64,000 bases of DNA from the human T2T-CHM13v2.0 reference genome, Homo sapiens. A program made the translations under genes and the position numbers. This document shows, in pieces, positions 19,448-39,469 of the stretch. Within the stretch, counting starts at the first letter, position 1; each line of letters opens with the position of its first letter. Below the pieces are notes generated by a model that saw nothing but the letters and a program-made list of their open reading frames with translations, made no database searches and was not told where the DNA came from. The DNA lies in NCBI RefSeq assembly GCF_009914755.1, contig NC_060939.1; one strand, given 5' to 3'.

Positions 19448-19821
19448 AAAGTAATTGTGGTTTTTGCCATTGCTTTCAATTGAAAGCAATGAGAATTGTT
19501 ATGAGAATTAAGTAAGATTGTGTGGGCCGGGCGCAGTGGTTCACACCTGTAATCCCAACACTTTGGGAGGCCAAGGTGAGTGTATCACCTGAGGTCAGGA
19601 GTTCAAAACCAGCCTGGCCAACATGGTGAAACCCTCTCTCTACTAAAAATACAAAAATTAGCCAGGCATAGTGGTTTGTGCCTGTAACCTCAGCTACTCA
19701 GGAGGCTGAGGCACGAGAATCACTTGAACCCTGGAGTCAGAGGTTGCAGTGAGCCGAGATCGTGCCACTGCTTCAATTGAAAGCAATGGCAAAAACCGCA
19801 ATTACTTTTGCCCCAACCTAA
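19448..19821. mobile_element. MADE1 (Hsmar1 mariner MITE) split by a 277-bp templated insertion
   Basis: Left arm AAAGTAATTGTGGTTTTTGCCATTGC and right arm GCAATGGCAAAAACCGCAATTACTTTTGCCCCAACCTAA followed by TA. Confidence 0.88.
19495..19771 (+). repeat. 277-bp direct duplication of 17959-18235
   Basis: About 15 mismatches by manual count; includes 30 bp of non-Alu flank and shared private Alu variants; no poly(A). Confidence 0.93.
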
Positions 19822-21195
19822 TAGTAGCGCTAGCTGGCAACTATTCCCTAGAAAAGTATCTCCAGGCATGGCCCCTGTGCTAGGGAGAACCTGTGTGCCA
19901 CAGAGGACTCAAAATCTGGGATTCTTGGGCTTATTCCACCTGCAGAGGAAGTTGTTTAAAAAGCAGAAGAGTTAGATTAATAAATAATGGGGGGGGGGGG
20001 TAAGGCCCCCAGAAAGCAGGTTTATTTTTAAGAACTAAATGTCCTCAGTTCTACAATTTGCAGGGCCAAGTTAGAACGTAGACTGTAGAAATATACTACA
20101 GGTAGAAGCCCACTACACCTAGGCTGAAGACATATCCAAATTGCTATGCTGTATCAAAGCCTTTTTATGCCACCCTGGGCTGTTTACTTGCTATTTGCTT
20201 TAAGGGAATAATTTTTAATGTAATCATGGTCAGGGGTTACAGTGGAATCAGGAGGATAAAAAGTGCCTTTTCTTTTTCAGTTAGATAAAATGTAAAAGTC
20301 ATCTTTCCTCTCTTTGGTTGTATTATGGATTTTGTTGTTGTTTTTTTAAATGTGTGGGGATTTCCTACTGGGCTTTTCAGGAGGAGTGCTTTACCACTTT
20401 TCACCAAGTGGGGGCTCTGCTCAGCTGCACTATTGAGCGCAGCTTTGCAAATTCTCAGAGATAGGACTAATTCTTAGGGCTTCAGTGATGCTGTGGGCAT
20501 TTTTGCTGCAAGATCTGAAGCCTGTGCACAGCCACCTCTGGTGAGGACTTGATTTTGTGTACTTTGAAAAATTCCAGGATTTGTATTCCATTCCTAGTCT
20601 TTGTTGAAGGCTTAGGCCCAAGGAGTACTTCTGAGCTGAATTTTGCTCACTACTGAGGCCCTGTGAGATTCCATCTTCATTAGAGCTGGACCTACACACC
20701 ACTGGGACCGGTCCTTGGAAAGATGCTCCTAGACTGTTTATTTGCCAGCTTCTCTTTTAGCTTGATTGCCTGCCAAGCAGACTTGTAGAAGTCAGAAGAA
20801 AAAAGTATTAGCCCTAAGAAATAATAGAAGCTAAAACATTCATTGAGTACTTTCCTTGCTGGGTACTATTTAAAATAAGTTATCAAATGAAATCATTTGA
20901 TCATCATAAAACTCTTATGATGTAGGTGCTATTAGCATTCCTATTTGCAGATGGGAAAAACAGGCTTCAGGAGAGAGGTGAGAACCTCCTTGCACACCAA
21001 TAACTAGGAACATCAATAGGATTTGGACCCAGGCAGTCAGACACCAGAGTCCACACCCTGAACCTCTGTACTATACTGCCTCACCAAGCCCAGGCATACT
21101 GAAAAGTGTGTGTTATATAAGCTGATTCTATGGCATCTCATCTGTCACAGGACCCTCGCTTGACTGTTTTAAGACAGATAACTGAATTTTTTTTA

Positions 21196-21336
<141 letters not shown>

Positions 21337-22291
21337 TTACCCAAGATAAAGCTGAAAAAAAGTGAAAAGAAGGGAGGGGGTGTGAGAAAAGCCAATGGTT
21401 TTAACTTTCTAAAATCTCTTCTTGCTTGTACCGTGGTAGCTATTCAGACGTCTACATGTGGGATAGAGTATATGCAGTTAATTTATAACCTTTCAACTAT
21501 TACAACATGCTGGGTCAATACAACTCATTTAATCAGTGAGAAAGCATCAGACAATAGGTTTTCTGAACTTAACACGTTTAACCAGTTTTTTGGCAGCTGG
21601 CAGACCTGCGTCAGGCAGGATTGATCCTTGCAGCACAATATCAATTCTGTGGGGTTTCACAATGGAAAATGTTTTTGTAATGGATGCTATAACTTAAAAC
21701 TTTTAAAAACATTCCTCCCCTCAGGGTGAACTTTTAAAGATAAGGGTCAGCAAATGATGGAGCCTGACCCCAACCAAAGCCAGGGGCCTGAGTAAGTGTG
21801 GTGTGGGTTCCGTGCAAGGCAAGCACTCACTTATTAAACATTTGACAGCCAAAGACCCAGGGTCCCTGCCTGTTCACAAGGAAGTCAACAGACAGGCCCA
21901 GGCCGCTGCAGGGAGGCAGCACAAGCATCTAGTGGTTACAGGGACAGGCTCTGGCTGCCTGGTCCCGGCCCACCACTGAGGCTAGTTAGCTGACCTCTCT
22001 GAAGCTTGGTTTTGCTAATCTGTCAAGTGGAGATCTTAAAATCTACCCTTCTGGGGTTGTCAAGAGAATGATAAGAGTCAGTGCGTAAAGCACTTAGCTC
22101 AAGGTCGGTAATACAGGGAGTGTGCCAGCGAGGTCATGCTGCCCTGAGTGGCAGCAATAGCGGGAACAGTGGCTGCCTTGGGAAGGAGGGACATGGGTAG
22201 GGGCAGGGTGAGGCTGGGGATGCCAAAGAAAGCATAAGAGGAGCCTATGGCAACGGTTCAGACAAGACGCGAGGAAGTCATGGACTAAAGG

Positions 22292-23077
<786 letters not shown>

Positions 23078-24259
23078 AAGCAATGTAGTGGGATGGACTT
23101 GGACCATGCTTAGGAAAGAGAGAAGGAGCTGGATTTGGCATGTGGAGTTGAGGAGAGGGAGATGTGGGTGCTGTGGCCTAGATTTCTTTGGGAGACCGAG
23201 GGGTTATGTTGCCATTGCTGGAGATGAGGACAAAGCGGTTAAGGGGGAAGGGAGCAGCCAGTGTGGCCCTGTCAATTTGGTAGGTGTTCTAGAGTGAGCC
23301 CCGTCAAGATTCAAAGAAATGAACCCCTGAACATAAAGATAATTGGGGGCGCTGGTCTGAACATTTCAACAGAGTCAAATCTGAGAGGGATGCATTTATG
23401 GGGGAGGTGACAGTTGGGGACATTTCTGATGAGGAACGTCTGCCATGTGGAGCCCACCCTGGGGCTGGAGAGATAATGGGGGCTCATGAGTTGGGCTGAG
23501 CTCTTACAGCAAAGGGGCAGTCAGCACAGTTCGAGACCTCTGGGCAACAAAGGTGTACAGGGCATCCCTTAGGGACAACAGCTCGCAAGGAAACCAGCTA
23601 CCAACTGCCACAGAGTGCCCAGCCCTCGCCTCTCCCTGGGAGGGAGGCAGGACATCTGTGTTACAGCTGAGGAAAAGCAGGGGGATTAAACAAGTTCAAG
23701 GTCAGCGGCAGAGCTGAGTCTGTAAGTAGCATGAATACACACTTTGGAACCCTATTTCCAAGCTAGCATGGTCAAGCTGCATGGTTTTGTCACAAAAGGT
23801 GAGTTAACAAAAAAGGGCCTGCCCTCCAGAGCCTGGCCCATGGTGGGGCTTGGTAACTGTTGCATCCCACTCCCCAGCCCTGTAAAGGCAGCCAGTAACA
23901 AGGTTGGGCTGAACACTCCCAGTAATAGCATTAGGACGGTGAGCCACAGGCTGTTAAGCAAGGGAGCAGTGTCATCCACGTGGATTATTCCAGCATTTGT
24001 GCTTCCAGAAGTAGGTCAGAGAGAGAGAGAGAAGGGACGGCAGGAAAACAAACTAGGTTAAGAGATTGCTATGTTCTGGAGAAGAGGAAATGAGCTGCGG
24101 ACAGAGGAGCAGCTATGGGAATGGAAGGCGAGAGGAACCTATGGCACCAAGTGGAGGAGGAATAGAAGGATGGCTGGGAGGCACGGGAGAGAAAGACAAG
24201 TTGAAAAGATAGCCGATATTCCATATCTAGATAGAGGCAATGTTTTTCTTCTCAAACTA

Positions 24260-24718
<459 letters not shown>

Positions 24719-25789
24719 TTATGTTTTCCTCTAGTATCTTTATAAGTATATATGTGTGTACTTTTTAACAAATTGGAATTATATGCCATATACTACTTTA
24801 TATAATAGCATTTTCATCTTCACGTCATTGCATATTACTGGAAAACACCATTTTTTAACGGAGACTCCAATTTTTGAGTCCTATGGGCCTTAAGTCGTAT
24901 CACATAGCTAGCATTTTAGACCTCACTGGTTAAACATGGGCAAGCTACAAACTAAATTTAAAGCATTTTTAAACTGTAAATATTATACATATGCATTGTA
25001 GAAAGTTTGGGGGAAAAAAAGATATAAGGAAGAAGATAATCACCTATAATCCCACCACTCAGAGAAACTTCTTTTTACATTTTGGTGTAGCAAGAATAGA
25101 TTTGAGACCACTGAGGTCATACTGTTCATGTATACTGATTACATTTCTGTATCTTGATGTTTTTCACTTAGTATTTGTATCAGCTAAATTTTAGTACTTT
25201 GTTGTACTTATTGTCAATATCCTTTTTATGATGAGAGAATTTTTCACAGCTAGAGCCAATGTTTCGATGAGCATTTTGACAAGAAAGACAGAAATGCCCC
25301 ATTTAACAAATTTTGACATGAAGTTGCTCTGCAGTAGTTCATAGAACTTCTCAAACCTTCCCCTAATAACTTTATGCCAAGCACAAACTTTCTTTGATAT
25401 CTGTTTTACCTAAATATGTGACTTAAAAAATTACCACAGAAATACGTGTTTATTTTAAAAAGAACCAGTACCAAAGATGAAAAAGTAAAACTTGAATCCC
25501 CCATCACATGCCCTGCATTTTCACTGCCCTTAGTTTGTTGTTTATTCTTCCAGACTTTTCTGGCACAAACACATAGATACAGCTTTGGTAGTCATGCAAA
25601 TAGGGCTACTTGCTTTCTTCATCTAACTTATTCTGTTAACACTTATAGATCAACCTTGTTTGGTAATAGGTTCAGCATTATTCTATGCTGTGGAGTGTCA
25701 TAATTTATTAAACCAACTTCCGTGTTTGGATACATAGGGTATATCCAGTTTTTACTTTTAAAATACTGCTTCATTAACTCAATTAAAAA

Positions 25790-27590
<1,801 letters not shown>

Positions 27591-27956
27591 TTACAACTAA
27601 AAACCTCTTTCTAACCCCATAAGCTGTACTCAGAGGCTTATGTTGCCATGTGTCACCTGGATCAAATTTTAAAACTGACTTAGTGATTTTAAGTATGCTT
27701 AATCTCTTTCCTGATGCCAATATTAATGTAAAAAATATTGAAATATTTCAATTTGAAATATTTGAAATTTACTATTTCAAAATAAATTCATGTGTATTGT
27801 AGAAAAATTAGATTCTATGGATTAACAACAAAACCCCTCACCCATGCTCCCACCGCACAGAAAGACCTGCTAACACTGTGCCCTGTACTCATCTGGATGC
27901 TTTTCTGAGCATTTCAAAAGCTGGAGTATTTTAACCGAATGTCAGCATGCACATAC

Positions 27957-28030
27957 CTTCCAGAGTCAGCACTGGGAGCCACAGAGCAGATGGTGAGAGG
28001 TGGGGACCAGCGCGCAGCTTGAGGTGTGAA
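27957..28030 (-). other. GNB5: Putative non-coding first exon of the GNB5 long isoform (TSS approximate)
   Basis: Strong donor AAG|GTATGT at 27957/27956; no ATG in the exon; adjacent CRX/NRL/NEUROD-like motifs. The 21351 acceptor needs an upstream exon, and this position agrees with my recollection of the gene structure. Confidence 0.65.
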
Positions 28031-28969
28031 GCACGTCTCCCACTGGCTAATCTCCTTATCTTCTCTGGAGTGCTGCTCAGCTTGCTTCCTTCCTCCACAG
28101 CACTTCCATGCTCCCTGCTGGGCACGCACTGCCATCTGCATCCCTCACTCACCCCTGGAACCTGCCCAGCCCCTCTGTGGAGGGAGGCCTTGGCAGGTTT
28201 GACCTCTGTGTCTGCGCCCACTCACTGAGCAGCCCTCACATTCACCTGGGCCACATGTTCTTAACATTTCTCTATTTTGGTCTCCTTGCCACTGTCAGCT
28301 TTGTAGAACTGATCAAGACTGTGGGATGAGTGCCTCCCTTTCCCCATTTTTCCACACATAAACTCCTCAGCCTCCACAGGTCTCCCTGTCCCCAAACATG
28401 ACCTACTTTTTCCCATGGTTGACTCCCCACCACACACACACAGTCCTCCAACGGGACTTTGCTCCTTCAGTTCTCTTCCCACCTCATCAGCAGTAGGATG
28501 AAGGCAGGGATGAGGAGGATGTGGCACCTGCCCTCTGGGGCTCACAGGCCTACAGAGGAAATGGGCAGCATTTCTGGCTTCCAGTCCAGGGTAAGTGCTA
28601 TAAAACAGGCATAAATCCTGAGTTATGGAAGCCGAAAACCAACAGTGATGGCTCCTCATGGTGTGGGGAAGGTCTAGAAAGGGCATGGAGGCCGCAGCTC
28701 AGGATCAGAAACCCTGCCAATTCTCTGCCAAGTAGCCCCTCATTCTGACAGTGTGGAAGCGCCCTGGAGACACAGCCTAAGCCAGCACTTATGACATATT
28801 TACTTCTTCTCTAAACATTTTAATATACTTTAAATGAGATATTATGAATCTATAAAGATTCTAGCATCTTTCAGTATGACCGTAAAGAAAGGCATACAAC
28901 TTGTACACTTAAGAGACATGTCATCTCCTCGCAATGAAAGAATCTGACCCAATTCATTTGGTAATTAAT

Positions 28970-28975
28970 TTTATT
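28970..28975 (-). terminator. MYO5C: MYO5C polyadenylation signal AATAAA
   Basis: TTTATT on the plus strand about 1.55 kb downstream of the stop codon, in AT-rich context with upstream TGTA elements. Confidence 0.8.
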
Positions 28976-29664
28976 GATTAAAGTATTACAAAGTTCTACT
29001 TTTCATTTTTTCATGTACAATGTATTAAAATGAACTAAACTCAATCACTTATAATATAAAAAGACATTATTATGTATTAGCAGGGTGATGCTTCATAATC
29101 ATGTATTATTCCTACCTCTAAGACACCAGTCTGTATTATAGAATCACAGCTGTCACCTGTGACTGTCAGAAACAGAAGGTGCAATTGGGATTCTTAGGTT
29201 GGTGACAGAATAGCACTGGATCCACAGGCCAGAGACTAGGAGTGCTTATCAAATGAGGTTTTAGGCTCTGAAAGGAAGGAATGAGAAGGTGTGCCGGGAC
29301 AAGGAATAGCCAGTTCCCATAAAACTTGGGAAACGTAGATTTCTCAAAAGTAGGGTCCGACACAATTTTTTAGTTACTTTTTGAGAACATTTAAAAATAA
29401 ATACATTGAAATGCTGATTAGAGAGCGAAAGTAATTTAGGTTGCTTTTTCAATCTGAGGTTTTTTTAAAAAAGTTATTGTATGAAAGGTATTAAAAAATA
29501 ATTATGGTGAATATGTTGGCAGGTAAGATTTGAAGTTCTTTCAGAGAAGATAAACGGCATGGCAATTAAGCTTTAATAATATATTAGTTTTAAATAGATA
29601 TACATATAAAAATACTTCAAATGATTCATCTCGGATTGAACACTCTTAAAAATTAAAAGGGTCA

Positions 29665-29962
29665 GCCGGGCGCGGTGGCACACGCCTGTAATCCTAGCAC
29701 TTTGGGAGGCTGAGGTGGGCGGATCACGAGGTCAAGAGATCGAGGCCATCCTGGCCAACATGGTGAAACCTGTCTCCACTAAAAATACAAAAATTAGCTG
29801 GGCGTGGTGGCAGGTGCCTGTAGTCCCAGCTACTCAGGAGGCTGAGGCAGGAGAATTGTTTGAACCCAGGAAGCGGAGGTTGCAATAAGCCGAGATCATG
29901 CCACTACACTCCAGCCTGGCGATAGAGCGAGACTCCGGAGTCTCAAAAAAAAAAAAAAAAAA
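29665..29962 (+). mobile_element. Alu (AluSc-like), antisense in the MYO5C 3' UTR
   Basis: GTCAAGAGATCGAG..CATCCTGGCC diagnostics; degenerate TSD ending AAGGGTC. Confidence 0.92.
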
Positions 29963-30528
29963 TTTAGAAGGGTCTAAAATAAACATTTTTAAATGCAGGG
30001 CATTTTCAGTAAAAAGAGTTCATGAAAACCTTCTGTCCCCAGCAGGCATGGGGCAAGAGAACTTTTGGCAGGTCACGGTGGCCAAACGGGATTTTTTCCT
30101 GGAAGACTCAGCACTAGAATCCACTTGCAGCTTTGTAAATGTACTCAGGTTTCACATGAACCTTAGAAAACTTGGAAGCCACTGTGTCCCCAGATCTCAC
30201 TCCCTCCTGGTAGAGCCCTGCCACAAGACAGAACAGATCAAGAGGCACGTGGAAGAAAATATGAGCCCTCCAGGAATTTCAGTGAAAACCAGCTGAGATT
30301 CGAGAGTGAGACATGGCTTTTCCAAATACAGCTGGTGTGTGTGAATTCTTACAAAATTACAGGAGCAGCATTGTCACTGTGAGTGAGAGATGATGTGGTC
30401 CATTTGAGAAAAGTCTGTTTTCTTCCTTAAATCACATTCCAATTTCCACTGCCAATTAATAAAACACATCCCTCATATTGAACCTTCACTTAGCTTTTGA
30501 AGAAAAAGTGCATTGACTTTTTCTCCTG

Positions 30529-30681
30529 CTATAACCTATTCAGAAAGCCTAGCTTGAAACTGCTGGGGATCTGAATCATTTCCAGAGCATGTGGAGAGGG
30601 GGTAAAAGGAAATGTGACTTGAAAGAGATATTTGGTATCCAACATCAGCTGTGATGAATCCTCCCGGCTATTTAGGAGAGC
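30529..30681 (-). CDS. MYO5C: Myosin-Vc terminal coding exon (exon 41)
   Basis: ALLNSREDSSQLMLDTKYLFQVTFPFTPSPHALEMIQIPSSFKLGFLNRL*; acceptor TTCAG; 153 nt. Confidence 0.96.
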   Translation of the reverse strand, partial: ALLNSREDSSQLMLDTKYLFQVTFPFTPSPHALEMIQIPSSFKLGFLNRL

Positions 30682-31039
30682 CTGAAATTAGAATCAGAGG
30701 AAAAATGAGTAAGGAAACTAACATGTTCTGCTTTACTGCTACCTGAAAGTCAAGGCAAAACACAACTATCTCTAGTGGAGAGCTCCTTGCACCATCACAT
30801 GAAATGACATACATGAGAACTTTTTAACAACAGCACAATTCCAAAGTCTATCCAGGGCTTCCAGATCAGCTCTCAGAACAATTAACTTGTCCTGTTTCAC
30901 TTCAGAAGTTAATTTCCCATGGGATGAGTTGACCATAAATCTGTTTTCTATTCTAATCTATTCTCATGGTATAATTCTAAGGTCAAACATGAGTAGATTT
31001 CAAGTATTACATTTTTATTGAACCCATCTTTCTTCTTCA

Positions 31040-31616
31040 TTCATGGGTTTGCAACCTTTTTGGTCTCAGGACCGCTTTATACTAAAACATGACTGAGGCC
31101 CCAAAAGCTTTTGTGTATATGGGTATATTGGCATTTGCCATATTAGTAATTAAATATACATTGTGTATATGTGTATATCGGTATTTGCCATATTAGTAAT
31201 TAAAATGATTTATTAATTCATTAAAATAAGCTCTACACATGTTAAACATAAGTTTCCAAAACAAAGAAAATTTAGTGAGAAGTGGTATTTTCTATTTTTG
31301 CAAATCTCTTTCATGTCTGACTTAATATATTATCATATATAACCATATATTATATACGCCATATTTTAATATATATGCTATATTATCATATATACGATAT
31401 ATCATATATATCTGCTTCTGCATTCAATCTGTTGTGATATGTTATTTTGGTTGAAGTACACGAAGAAAATCCACAGATAACTATTGAGAAAATCCACAGA
31501 TACCTACTTAGAAAATCCACAGGTACATATTTAGAAAAAGGAAGAGTTTTGCAGACCCTCTTGAAAGTGTCTCAAGGACTCCCAGGGATCCTTGAGCCAA
31601 ACTTGGAGAACTGCTG
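31040..31616 (+). mobile_element. hAT-Charlie (Charlie1-like) remnant
   Basis: tttttggtctcaggacc..ccccaaaagcttttgt..; ends ttggagaactgctg; internal short duplications and a TA-rich patch. Confidence 0.65.
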
Positions 31617-32003
31617 CCCTAGAGTTCCTTAGGGGACAAACTTTAGGGATTATATAAGAAAAAATGGTTATACAAATGATTATAAAAGAAAAATGGTCTC
31701 TGTTTCCATTCAGCCTCTGCCCACTTGCACAGTATTCAACGATCAGTAAGAAATAAGATATATTGACAGAATACAGCACGGGAGACATGATTTTGGTGCT
31801 TTCATTCCCCTCCCACCTGGACTAAGGTGGATTCTGAAAATTTCACAGGAAAATTTCCTGCTTACCTTTGAGCTGGGTGCCTTTCATTTGTATATGTGGG
31901 TAAATGTACTTTAATCCTGGATTTCTATAATGTTAATTAAGTATCAACATCTAATACCATAGTTAGGAAGTAAAATTAAAAGGCACATCCTTAAGAATCT
32001 CAC

Positions 32004-32084
32004 CTGTACTTTGCGAACAAAGGATGGAGTCACTCTCTTCTCAAAGTCATCTATAGGTGTGTATGAATTAAGGATCTTTATGAT
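32004..32084 (-). CDS. MYO5C: Myosin-Vc exon 40
   Basis: IIKILNSYTPIDDFEKRVTPSFVRKVQ; 81 nt, phase 0-0; AG/GT. Confidence 0.96.
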
Positions 32085-32422
32085 CTGCAAACGGTACATA
32101 ACATGGTGTTAGACCATGCAAAATAATAACTCTGTTCATAAAATAATGGTTCTGGTTATTGGGAACCATTGGGAAGCACAGGTGGTTCTTTTAGCCTATA
32201 ATTTGGTTCAGGAACTGTATGTTACCTATTTCCAAGAAAAGAAAACAAGGGGAGAAAAGTGCCTTAGGGAGCAAAGGCAAATCAGATAATCAGAAAACAG
32301 TAAGAGGAGCCCCCTTCTAGCCTCCCCACCTCCCACATGGCCACCCCTCCACATACACATTTGTGAGTTTAATGGGCAGGGAATGAATGCATCATAGACA
32401 TTTGTGTATATGTGTGTGTGTG

Positions 32423-32722
32423 ATTATTATTATTATTATTTTTGAGATAGGGTCTCCCTTTATTGCCCAGGCTGGGGTGCAGTGGCATGATCATGGCTCA
32501 CTGCAGCCTCGAACCCCTGGACTCATGCGATCCTCCCGCCTCAGCCTCCCAAGTAGCTGGGACCAAAGGTGTGTGCCATCACACCCAGCTTTTTTTTTTT
32601 TTTTTTTGGTAGAGCGTCTTGTTATGTTGCCCAGACTAGTCTCAAACTCCTGGGCTCAGGCAATCCTCCCACCTTGGCCTCTCAAAGTGCTGGATTACAG
32701 CTGTGAGCCACCTCGCCCAGCC
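32423..32722 (-). mobile_element. Alu (AluJ-like)
   Basis: Reverse Alu. Confidence 0.9.
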
Positions 32723-32921
32723 CATTTCTATGTTTTTAAGACCTAGTGTTAGTATTTAATAAATATTTATTAGATAAAAGGGTGGGCCATGGGTGATAGG
32801 TATGCTCCCGAGAGTACACACAGAATCAGGGTGCCCACAGCTGGCTAAACCAAGAAAGGCAATGCCCACTGCACTGATGTGTCAGGGAAGAGCCAGGGAG
32901 ACACTAAGCAAGCCTGGTCAC

Positions 32922-33096
32922 CTGCACAGCAGACAGTGAGGTGCAGCGTTCGTAGATCTCCTTGGCATCACTGTCTGTGGTCTTCTTGACCTGAAGCAAC
33001 CAGGCTGCCTGAGAGAGGGGCTCCAAAGTTTCCTTTGCTAAGCTGTTCTGCAAGTTCTTATCTTTAAGCCATTCTTCTAAGTAGCTGATATTGCAC
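32922..33096 (-). CDS. MYO5C: Myosin-Vc exon 39 (DIL domain)
   Basis: CNISYLEEWLKDKNLQNSLAKETLEPLSQAAWLLQVKKTTDSDAKEIYERCTSLSAVQ; 175 nt; AG/GT. Confidence 0.96.
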
Positions 33097-33634
33097 CTGG
33101 AGGGAAAGGCAGAAGAACAGAGAATACTTTAGGGAAGGGTGCCAGATACTCCTGTGTGTCCCGAGAGGGTACCAGAGTTCGCTGAGATCCTTAAGACCAC
33201 AGCTCAGCAGTTACTCATCTGCAAAATGAGGGAGTTGGACTGATGATCAGCTCTCCTAATCCAGAGTTCTAAGACTCATGGTGGTCTAGGCTGAGGGGCC
33301 GGAACAGCTACAGACTTTGGGGAAAATCTGAGCAAAGAACAGTGATTGCAATCACTTACGAAATACAATTTTGAAAATTGATTAAAGGAAAGAAACAGTG
33401 ATATCTGAAGAGAAGACTTCCATAAGTATAAAAAACTGTTTTCTTTTTCCTGAATTGGCAGAAATCTTTCAATTAGTGAAGGCTTTCGGTCGACTGCAGT
33501 TTTTATTCTTATTTCTGTCACTAATTGCCACATGGGTTTATGAGTTAAGAGGCATGGGTTTTAGTCCTGCCAATCCACTGTGTGAGCCTGGGAAGTTAAT
33601 CGACCTCTCTGGGCACAATGAGAGTGTTGAGAAC

Positions 33635-34620
33635 CCTCAAACATTGCTAGTGGGAACGTAAAATGGTACAGCTGTTGTGGAAGACAGTTTGGTGGTTTCT
33701 CAAAATCGAATACAGACTTACCATATGACACAGCAATTCCACTCCTAGACATGTACTCAAGAGAAGTGAAAGCATGTCCAAACAAAACTCTGTACACAAA
33801 TGTTCACAGCAGCATTATTCATAATAGCCCAAAAGTGAAAACAACCCAAAATATCCATCAACTGATGAATGAATGAACAAACTGTGGCATTATCCATGCA
33901 ATGGGGTATTATTCAGCAATAAAAAGGAATGAGGTGCTGATATTTGCTACATGGATGAACCTCCCAAACATTACGTAAGTGAAAGAAGCCATCCACAAAA
34001 GATAACATTTTATGATTTCATTTATTTTTAAATGTCCAGAATAGGCAAAATCTGTAGAGAAAGAAAACATATTAATGGTTTCCTAGGCTGGGCAGGGTAG
34101 GGAGTTGGGGTGGGGGATGAGACTGGCTGCTAATGAGTATAAGGTTTCGTTCTGGAGGGATGAAAATGTTCTAAAATTACATTACAGTGATAGTTGCACA
34201 ACTACGTAAATATATCAAAAACGATTGAACTATACACTTTATTTACTCATTTATTTATTTTTGAGATGGAGTCTCCCTCTATCACCCAGGCGGGAGTACA
34301 GTGGCCCAATCTCATGAGGCTCACTGCAACTTCCACCTCTCAGATTCAAGCGATTCTCCTGCCTTAGCCTCCTGAGTAGCTGGGATTACAGGCGCCTGCC
34401 ACTACACCCGGCTAATTTTTGTATTTTTAGTAGAGACAGGGTTTCACCATGTTGGCCAGGCTGGTCTTGAACACCTGGCCTCAAGCAATCCGCCTGCCTC
34501 AGCCTCCCAAAGCGCTGGGATTACAGGTGTGAGTGACTGTGCCTGGCCTGAACTATATACTTTAAACAGGTAAACTGTATGGTATATAAATTACATACCA
34601 ATGAAACTGCTAAAAAAAAT
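33635..34620 (+). mobile_element. L1MB-type 3' end, with a reverse Alu at 34238-34548
   Basis: L1 3' end phrases; Alu TSD TGAACTATAYACTTTA. Confidence 0.85.
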
Positions 34621-34662
34621 TGAGTGTTGAATAAAGTGATCTCTAAAGTCAGTTCCAGCTCT

Positions 34663-35135
<473 letters not shown>

Positions 35136-35165
35136 CTAGTTTGAGTTCTTATTACTTTTGCTTAG

Positions 35166-35806
<641 letters not shown>

Positions 35807-35939
35807 CTACTTTTAGTTTTTATTACAGGTTTCTAATGGGGCTCCCATCTCAGCCCTTCTAATTCACCCTATTCAAATACTGCCACAGTCCTTTCTAAAA
35901 TCTGAATTTTGAGCACATTAATTCTCCCACTCAAAGATG

Positions 35940-38710
<2,771 letters not shown>

Positions 38711-38778
38711 TGGAAGCATAGATTCCAGCCTGAGCAACATAGTGAGACTCCGTTTCTACAAAAATGGCATATGCCTGT

Positions 38779-39115
<337 letters not shown>

Positions 39116-39469
39116 TCATGATCCTTTTCATTCATGTCTCTACTCAGTCTTGGGGGATCCACTGAGGGAGTGAGAACTGAGTTTAGCAAAGGCTCTGATG
39201 TGGCTTTACTTTAGGGCTGAAATCTACTACAGAGGACTACAGGATCTGCTTGGAGCTTGTGAAATAAACATAACTCATTTCTCAATGAAGACATAAAGAT
39301 CTGCAAAGACTAGTCCTTCTGAATACCCCTTTCTATCTGAAAACCATGCCCTGCTGTCATGAGAATTTGTGGGAATGGTCTATGGGGATTGACTCCAACT
39401 CCAAAGTTTCACTAATGCTAAAAAGGTGTAAGGGATGCCTCTCACATGTATTTTTTGACTTAAGATACT

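Larger units (their letters stand above)
28955..30528 (-). other. MYO5C: MYO5C 3' UTR
   Basis: Between TAG (30529-30531) and the AATAAA signal; cleavage site approximate. Confidence 0.78.

Noticed and set aside
27737-27752. 16-bp AT-rich palindrome ATTGAAATATTTCAAT
   Set aside because: Low-complexity context within a degraded repeat; no supporting features.
31110-31525. Short tandem duplications and a TA-rich patch, checked as a possible spaced array
   Set aside because: Slippage products inside a Charlie remnant; no regular repeat-spacer structure, and CRISPR is not applicable to human DNA.
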